NCBI GenBank assembly: GCA_964016885.1
Contig: OZ024754.1
Location: 44,082,001 to 44,146,000 of the forward strand
Length of the DNA stretch: 64,000 nt
Reading direction: 5' to 3'
From: Eledone cirrhosa
Taxonomy: Eukaryota
Part shown: one piece after another, positions 56,077 through 64,000 of the stretch
Layout of the letters: each line of letters starts with the position of its first letter
Numbering within the stretch: the first letter of the stretch is position 1
Made by a program: the position numbers and the translations under genes
Notes under the pieces: model-generated
Database searches by the model: none
What the model was told of the DNA's origin: nothing
Seen by the model: the letters and a program-made list of their open reading frames with translations, nothing else

Positions 56077-56141
56077 CTCATTATAATTGCTTCTGTCACA
56101 AAATCTTGTCCAGCTTGTTCTGTGCTCAATGCAGGTAGAGT
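56077..56141 (-). CDS. ALK: ALK-like kinase exon (exon 22 equivalent)
   Basis: 65 bp, TLPALSTEQAGQDFVTEAIIMS, aag| acceptor and |gtcagt donor. Confidence 0.9.
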
Positions 56142-56671
56142 CTTTCAAGAAAACAGAAAAGAAAGAATGGATGTTATTATAAAGAACTCTACGCATCTCA
56201 CAGTAGTAATAATATCTTGGAGAGAAATCTTAACAGAAACAACTACGAATTAATGAAGAAAACTATGAATGAATTAGGAAACATACCTATACGTAGTCTT
56301 TCGACCAGCTAGATATAGCAACCAAATCACCCACAAATTACACGCTATCCTTTTGACAATAAAAGGGACTTATTGGATACAGAAGACTCTAGATAAATAT
56401 TCAGACCTCAAGAGGTGCCCAGGAAGTGGGAGTTGTGAATCGATTGCTTTTAATGATAAAACTGTTGAATCAATGCTGACCCAGGGCTAAATAATAACTG
56501 CACACACGAACACGAACACACACACACAAACACACACAAACACACACACAGAGACACACACAAACACACACACACACACACAAAAGCACACAGACACACA
56601 CAGACACACACAAACACCCACACAAACACACAAAAGCACACACACACACAAACACAAACACACACCCCAAA

Positions 56672-56737
<66 letters not shown>

Positions 56738-57090
56738 AACACACGCATCTCGCGATTTATTTTGATATTTATCTTCAAATTTATAAATGTACTTTACGGT
56801 ATATATCTTAACATTTTAATTCGATTAAACTGTAAGTGGAAATATTTGCTGGTTTGTGATATGTTGTGTGGACATTTATTTGATGTTGGGAAAGTAATTT
56901 CCCTCAACACATCAGTATCAAGAGTAACGAACAAAGAAAGAGAGATAATTAATTGATGAGTTTATATGTAGCTATGTATTATTACAAGAGATCTTACAAT
57001 AATATATTAAATATATAGAACACTCTAGAAATACATCCCATTAATTGTTTTGATCATCTCTCACACAGAGGGAATATCGTTTAATTTGAA

Positions 57091-57203
<113 letters not shown>

Positions 57204-57279
57204 TTAAGTTGTTTAGAACTTCAAGTGAAGTCATTCTTTTCCTTTTTTCTCATATATATACATATATATATAAAATATG

Positions 57280-57342
<63 letters not shown>

Positions 57343-57351
57343 AGAGAGAGA

Positions 57352-57713
57352 GATATTGTTATGCTTTGGGAGGGTCATGTTGCCAATAAGAAACACACGC
57401 ACCAGTTGCTTTCACTTCAATTTATTATAAATAAAATTTATAAATTTAGGAATTTATAAATTTCCGGTTGGTTGGTAGGTTCCACAACCAGACGATTGTT
57501 CATATATTGTCAAAGTTCTTTCGTCACACATTCTGTGACCTCTTCAGTGACTGGGGATTCTTTTAAATTTATAAATTTAATTTATAATAAATTGAAGTGA
57601 AAGCGAGTGGTGCGTGTGTTTCTTATTGGCAACATGACCCTCCCAAAGCATAACAATATCGGTTTCAACACACGTTTTCAGATAAAGAATCTTGCTAAAC
57701 AAATTCAGAAACG

Positions 57714-57717
<4 letters not shown>
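57352..57717. mobile_element. Fold-back element with a family F hammerhead (57509-57551, minus) in its spacer
   Basis: Arms about 57352-57448 and 57565-57660. Minus: gtca-CTGAAGA-g-gtcac..gtgac-GAAA-gaac-TT-tgac. Confidence 0.65.
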
Positions 57718-57776
<59 letters not shown>

Positions 57777-57913
57777 AAAAAGTATGACAGCAGAGCTCCA
57801 CCTGGATCCCTGCCGTCGGGGTCATACTTTTTCCTATTTCCCACTCTACTACCCTAAGTATTGAGTACTCTGGTGCGTTATGGTCAATCTGGTTCCTTGC
57901 CACAATTCCTTTG

Positions 57914-57951
<38 letters not shown>

Positions 57952-58261
57952 GCATATAGACATATAGGGATTTATATTTACTCCTCCTCACCATCATCAC
58001 ACTCCTCTCCCCCTCACCTCTCCTACCCACAATGTTTCTCTCCCCTCTACACACCCCTCTGTCTATACCAGTATACCATGTAAAGTACTAGAAGGTTTGC
58101 TCTACAAGACACAACATTAGTTTTATTGATCGGCACCTCCTAATGTCAATTGTTAATCACAGTTGTATATCCTTCGATATTTGAAGTGAAGAATTGCTTT
58201 TTAGAAGACAACATACATCAAGTTTCCTCTTACATGAGCTTCGATGGTTGAGTGGTTGTGC

Positions 58262-58702
58262 TGGTGAATTGGCAGTGTCGTTAGAACATCTGATAGAATG
58301 GTAGAGTTGTTAGAACGTCAGATAGAATGGTAGAGTGGTTAGAACATCAGATAGAATGGTAGAGTGGTTAGAACATCAGATAGAATGGTAGTCGTTAGAA
58401 CATTAGATAGAATGGTAGTCGTTAGAATGTCAGATAGAATGGTAGAGTGGTTAGAAGATCAGATAGAATGGTAGAGTGGTTAGAACATCTGATAGAATGG
58501 TAGAGTGGTTAGAACATCTGATAGAATGGTAGAGTGGTTAGAAGGTCGGGTAGAATGGTAGAGTGGTTAGAAGGTCGGGTAGAATGCTTTGTAGTATTCA
58601 TTTTGGTTCTCTGCTCACTGAGTTCAAACCCCACCGAGATCAACTTTGCCTTTAATCAATTCATGGTCGATAAAAAAAGTACCAGTCAAATACTGGGGTC
58701 AA
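58262..58702 (+). mobile_element. SINE whose 5' head is expanded into about 10 tandem 29-bp units
   Basis: agatagaatggtagagtggttagaacatc repeats lie between the SINE start (ggtgaattggcag) and the B-box/core. Confidence 0.7.
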
Positions 58703-58807
58703 TTTCCCCTCTATATCTCTTTCTCAGTTCCATTCTATCACTCTCCATACCTACCATACCATACACACGTACACATAATAACTAATTAGGGGGTTGTTAA
58801 AACCTAC

Positions 58808-58897
58808 CTTTACGGCAACAGGGTACTGCTGGTAACCCGAACTATGTTACTAAGGTAGCCTTGGTAGACCTCACCAAACGCCCCATGACCAATTGGC
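58808..58897 (-). CDS. ALK: ALK-like exon (exon 21 equivalent; Gly-loop and VAVK), apparent 1-bp deletion
   Basis: PIGHGAFGEVYQGYLSNI is in one frame and SGYQQYPVAVK in another; 90 bp where 91 are needed. Confidence 0.88.
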
Positions 58898-59092
58898 CTG
58901 CAATAGGCAATGGAATAAAATAGTTTAATTCGTGGCATTCATTGTGTTATTAAACATTCTATGGCGGATAATATTGGCCGTAATGGCGACGACACCAACG
59001 GCAAAGATGACGATGACGATGGTGATGGGTGATGATGATGATTATGATGATGTTGATGATGATGATGATGATGATGATAATGGTGATGATGG

Positions 59093-59123
<31 letters not shown>

Positions 59124-59656
59124 GGTGGTGGTGGTGGTGGTGGTGGTGGTGGTTGGTGGTGATGATGATGATGGTGGTGGTGATGGGGATGATGGTGATG
59201 ATGGTGATGATGGTGCTGGTGGTGATGATAATGATGGTGATGATGATGATGATGATGATGGTGATGATGATGGATGGTGATGATGATTGATGACGAAAAT
59301 GAAGATGTAGATTGATGATGATGATGATAATTTAGATTATGATGGCAGTGATGTTACATTACGTAATTGCAGAACTTGTAGAAGTGGCTCAGTCATAGTC
59401 AAATGAGAATCAACATGTATGATAGACAAGTCAAGTGTGATATTGGCGATGGAGTGGTTTTTCTCTCCATTTCATACTCGACTATATTTTGAATTTCCGT
59501 TTTGACTTTGTCTTTTGCATTTTAAAAACTATTCTGTTGTCTAAATCTTTTTTCATCTGTGTAATTTGTTGCATATATGTATAGAAGAAACCTTCGACTG
59601 CAGAGTCAGGTTCGATCTGTAACAGATCTTGCTCGAGCTGATCGACTGAGAAACAT

Positions 59657-59725
<69 letters not shown>

Positions 59726-60227
59726 GTTTATATATATATATATATATATACATATGTGATTTGTAACGGGTCACTTTGTGGCTCAATGAAGAGTTAATAA
59801 ATTAAATAATCAGAGCCATATATCATAAAACATGTCTATAGAATCACCAGATAAAATATAGGTAACTAAATGTGTTCACTTTTCTCCTAGTTTATTTTAC
59901 ACCTAATTCTGTTTAGTTGACTGTATATCTGGGCGGATTCATACACGCTGTCGAAATACTCGATAAATATTCCGTCGCAGCCGACGCGAAGGGCTGCTTT
60001 CGGTTATTTGTCGGAGATTTCTTCATAGAAGCCTTTATTCTTATAGCTTGGTCTAATCGATTTTTATATGGTTAATTATGTTAATTGGGAGATGAAATGG
60101 TATATATTTTATTTGGTGATTCTATAGACATGTTTTATATATATATATATATATTCATACAAATTGAGCTCTGCCGTCGGGGGTTGAACATTTTCCTCAT
60201 TATGGTTCCTTACCACACTTCGTTCGT

Positions 60228-60267
<40 letters not shown>

Positions 60268-60444
60268 ATGTGTGTGTGTGTGTGTGCATATATGTACATA
60301 TATGCACACACACAACGGGAAAAACAGATGCATAGATATACACATACACACATATATAAATAGTTAAATAGTTAGATATATAGACGGTTAGATAGATAGA
60401 GAGTGCAAGAGATGTATAAATGTGAAAAGGCAAGAATGACATAC

Positions 60445-60648
60445 CTGACCAGGTAAACATGACTCCTTGGTAGTTGGCGTATATTGGCAGTCTCCGGGTA
60501 CATCATACTGATGTCATAGGTAGGATTGATCTCAGTACCAATACGATCACCATCACGAGCAAGCGGTATAATAGGGCCTTGTTTACACATAGTTTTTTAA
60601 GTGTTCCACACGACTTGGCCATAATGACGCGCTGGCGTCGCTTCCAGA
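60445..60648 (-). CDS. ALK: ALK-like juxtamembrane exon (exon 20 equivalent), apparent 1-bp deletion
   Basis: [18 protein letters not shown], then in a shifted frame [35 protein letters not shown]|gtatgt (NPxY motif). Confidence 0.8.
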
Positions 60649-60663
60649 CTGGTAGTGAAAGAG

Positions 60664-60826
<163 letters not shown>

Positions 60827-60843
60827 ATATATATATGTGTATG

Positions 60844-60896
<53 letters not shown>

Positions 60897-61058
60897 GTGT
60901 GTGTATATATATATTATATATATAATATATATATATATATGTATATATGTGTGTGTGTGTGTGTTTGTGTGTGAAAGTGTGAACAGAAATAACATACCAA
61001 ACGACACAGTACAAGGTAGAAATATATTAGTTTAACGCTTGAAATAGCAGGAAAAGTG

Positions 61059-61094
61059 TCTTAACGTTTCGGACACTAGTCCTTCATCAGAAGA
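61059..61094 (-). ncRNA. Intact minimal type I hammerhead motif (family A)
   Basis: Minus: tctt-CTGATGA-a-ggac-tagt-gtcc-GAAA-cg-TT-aaga. Confidence 0.72.
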
Positions 61095-61423
61095 AAGAGT
61101 CAGAAATAGAAGATAGATAGAGAGATAATGAGTGAGATGAGGAATGAACAGGGGAAAATGAGAAGAAAAGGGGGGGAAAACACACGTGCGTATTTAGTCA
61201 GCCATTTATATTTATATTTATCGCTTGACTTAGCCCTGGGACTAACAGGTCTATTTTGAAAGAGGACCTGATGATTTAAGTGTGTTTTCGTTTTGAAATT
61301 CCTGGTAGTGCCAAAGCTTAGTCAAACTTTTAATATTAATCCTCCTCCAACATGTGTTGATTGCTCTTTATATTTCGTTTGTACCCTCGTTATATATATA
61401 TATATATACACATATATACATAT

Positions 61424-61641
<218 letters not shown>

Positions 61642-61671
61642 TTATATATTATATATATATATATATGTATG

Positions 61672-61727
<56 letters not shown>

Positions 61728-61823
61728 AGTATGTATGTAAAAGGTAAACAGAAATAACAACACAATCGGTACAGTATATGGAAGGAATATATTAGGTTAA
61801 CGCTTGATATATCAAGAAGAGGG

Positions 61824-61859
61824 CCTTAACGTTTCGGACGCTAGTCCTTCATCAGAAGA
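61824..61859 (-). ncRNA. Intact minimal type I hammerhead motif (family A)
   Basis: Minus: tctt-CTGATGA-a-ggac-tagc-gtcc-GAAA-cg-TT-aagg. Confidence 0.72.
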
Positions 61860-61939
61860 AAGAATGAGAAATAAGATAGATTGTCGGGACGGGCGGGTTG
61901 GAATTGGAAAAAATGTCTTTAGATAAAAATAACAGGTCC

Positions 61940-61971
<32 letters not shown>

Positions 61972-62575
61972 TTATACATATGTGTGTGTCTGTTGTGTGT
62001 GTCTGTGTGTACGTGTGTGTGTGTGTGTGTGTGCACACAAGCGTATGTGTTACAAAATATGCCCAAATATTTTGCTGGTATCAAGTCATTTATTATCCAA
62101 CGTGCGTTTCATTAACAGGTAAAAAAACGAAAAAACTTCAGTTTTATCAATATTTTTTACATATCGATTGATCGACGGATGACATTCAATCTGATCAAGG
62201 ACGAAAGATGAATGAAATTGTCCCATAGAATCGAGAATAAAAGAATAAAAAAGGTGCAACCCTTTGGAGATATAATCATATTATACCTGTTATGTGGTCC
62301 GGCGAAATTGAGCCATTTAAGAAATGGCGTTGAATAGAACGCCAATCCTGAAAGGTTTCAATAAAACTAAAAAGGAGATAGTTTATATTGCTTATATATG
62401 ATATAAATACCTAGAGTTATCTTTATGACATCATACCATCAGAAAACATTCATAATATTGACGTACTTTCCAATCACATTTAGAAAACAAATGAATGTTA
62501 ACACGCACGAACACACAACGATACACAAACATACACAACCTTATATACATATATATATACACACACAAACACAAA

Positions 62576-62653
<78 letters not shown>

Positions 62654-62667
62654 TACATATATATATA

Positions 62668-62995
62668 TAATTGTTTCCACTTTTGGCACAAGGCCAGCAA
62701 TTATCCCAGTACATTACTGGTACTTTATTCTATCGACCCCTGTAAGGATGAAAGGCAAAGTTAACCTCGGCGGGATTTGAACTCAGAACGCAAAGGGCCA
62801 TAACTCTATGCTGCAAAGCATGGTGTCTGACGCTCTACCGATACTGCCAATCCACCGCCCATATATGTATATAATGATTTCTACTATAGGCACAAGGCCA
62901 ACACATTGGGGAGGAGGAAAGTCGATTAAAACGACCCCATTGCATTACTGGTACTTTATTTTATCGACCCCCGTAAGGATGAAAGGCAAAGCTAA
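62668..62995 (-). mobile_element. Two adjacent Nin/Deu-core SINEs (one full, one partial)
   Basis: Consensus match to the other copies. Confidence 0.75.
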
Positions 62996-63223
62996 AGGGA
63001 CTGAACTCTACGCTTATATATAATGTAGTCAAAAGGAGAAAGAGAGAGAGAGAATTAGTTAAATATATACATCTACATACATTTAAACATATACAAAGTT
63101 ACTATACACACTTAAACTAGGATATTTGAATAAATATAGGCAAAAATATATAACCTATATATAGAAATATATACACCTAATTAGTATATACATACATACA
63201 TACATACATACACACACACACAG

Positions 63224-63261
<38 letters not shown>

Positions 63262-63339
63262 GATCGTCAGGAATGAAATTTGTAGAAATTCACAGAAAAA
63301 ACCACCAAATTTTTACAAATTTCATACTTGATGACCCAA

Positions 63340-63422
<83 letters not shown>

Positions 63423-63432
63423 ACATATATAT

Positions 63433-63555
<123 letters not shown>

Positions 63556-64000
63556 GCACAGGAAAACAAACTGTGCAACTAATTAAGGTTTATGTACACG
63601 GAATATATTATAGAATTAATTATGTGCACATCAATAGCAATATGAGTAGGGGACGTTTGATTAAAGTATACAATTGAACAGAATCTCAAATACAGACGAT
63701 GAAACAGATCGACACGTTACAGTGGTCAGAGCACATCCGCAGCTCATTTCCGGTATTGACGTAGTAATGGCGGACGGAGGCGAAAGTGGATATTCAACTG
63801 TGAGAGTTATGTTATAAACAAGAAGATAAGAGGATTGGAAGGAATATTTGCAGGTGAAAGATGAACGGGTTGAGGCATCAATATTAAGTTCCTATGTTGA
63901 AAGCTGGTGTTAAAGTTTATTTTATTGATGTGTTGCATGTCTTTCTATCTCTGCGGTAATACACATATTACCTTACATAAACTCTCTCTCTCTCTCTCTC

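Noticed and set aside
54888-56253. His/Pro/Thr-rich extensin-like ORFs
   Set aside because: An ACC minisatellite in an ALK intron, open in all three plus frames.
61262-61312. CTGATGA...GAAA near 61268
   Set aside because: Stems II and III do not pair convincingly.
62180-62216. ctgatca-aggac-gaaa hammerhead-like word
   Set aside because: The core is altered and there is no room for stem II.

Overview
AT-rich, microsatellite-dense animal genomic DNA. The SINE and LINE repertoire points to a cephalopod (Octopus-like); this is inference. Three protein-coding loci are supported. (1) An intronless 1006-aa LRRCC1/CLERC gene on + (30428-33448). (2) The 3' half of an ALK/LTK receptor tyrosine kinase on - (10 exons, 60648 down to 43354). 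Seven internal exons match the lengths of human ALK exons 22-28 as I recall them, but the two exons upstream of those each lack one base at a homopolymer run. (3) Coding exon 1 of a PEST-family tyrosine phosphatase (PTPN12/18/22-like) on - (16942-17061). Most long ORFs in the ORF track are microsatellite or minisatellite artefacts. Recognisable repeats include Nin/Deu-domain tRNA SINEs, RTE and CRE-type LINE fragments, a DD37D (maT) Tc1/mariner remnant, several MITEs and many minisatellites. The most striking unexplained signal is about two dozen hammerhead-ribozyme-like motifs (CTGANGA...GAAA...TH) in at least six sequence families. They sit in short non-coding elements mostly embedded in (TA)n tracts, often as inverted pairs that place a ribozyme on each strand, and show compensatory stem changes and palindromic (dimer-type) stem III. 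They look like a population of Penelope-like or retrozyme-like non-autonomous ribozyme elements. All folds were read by eye and need computational and experimental confirmation.
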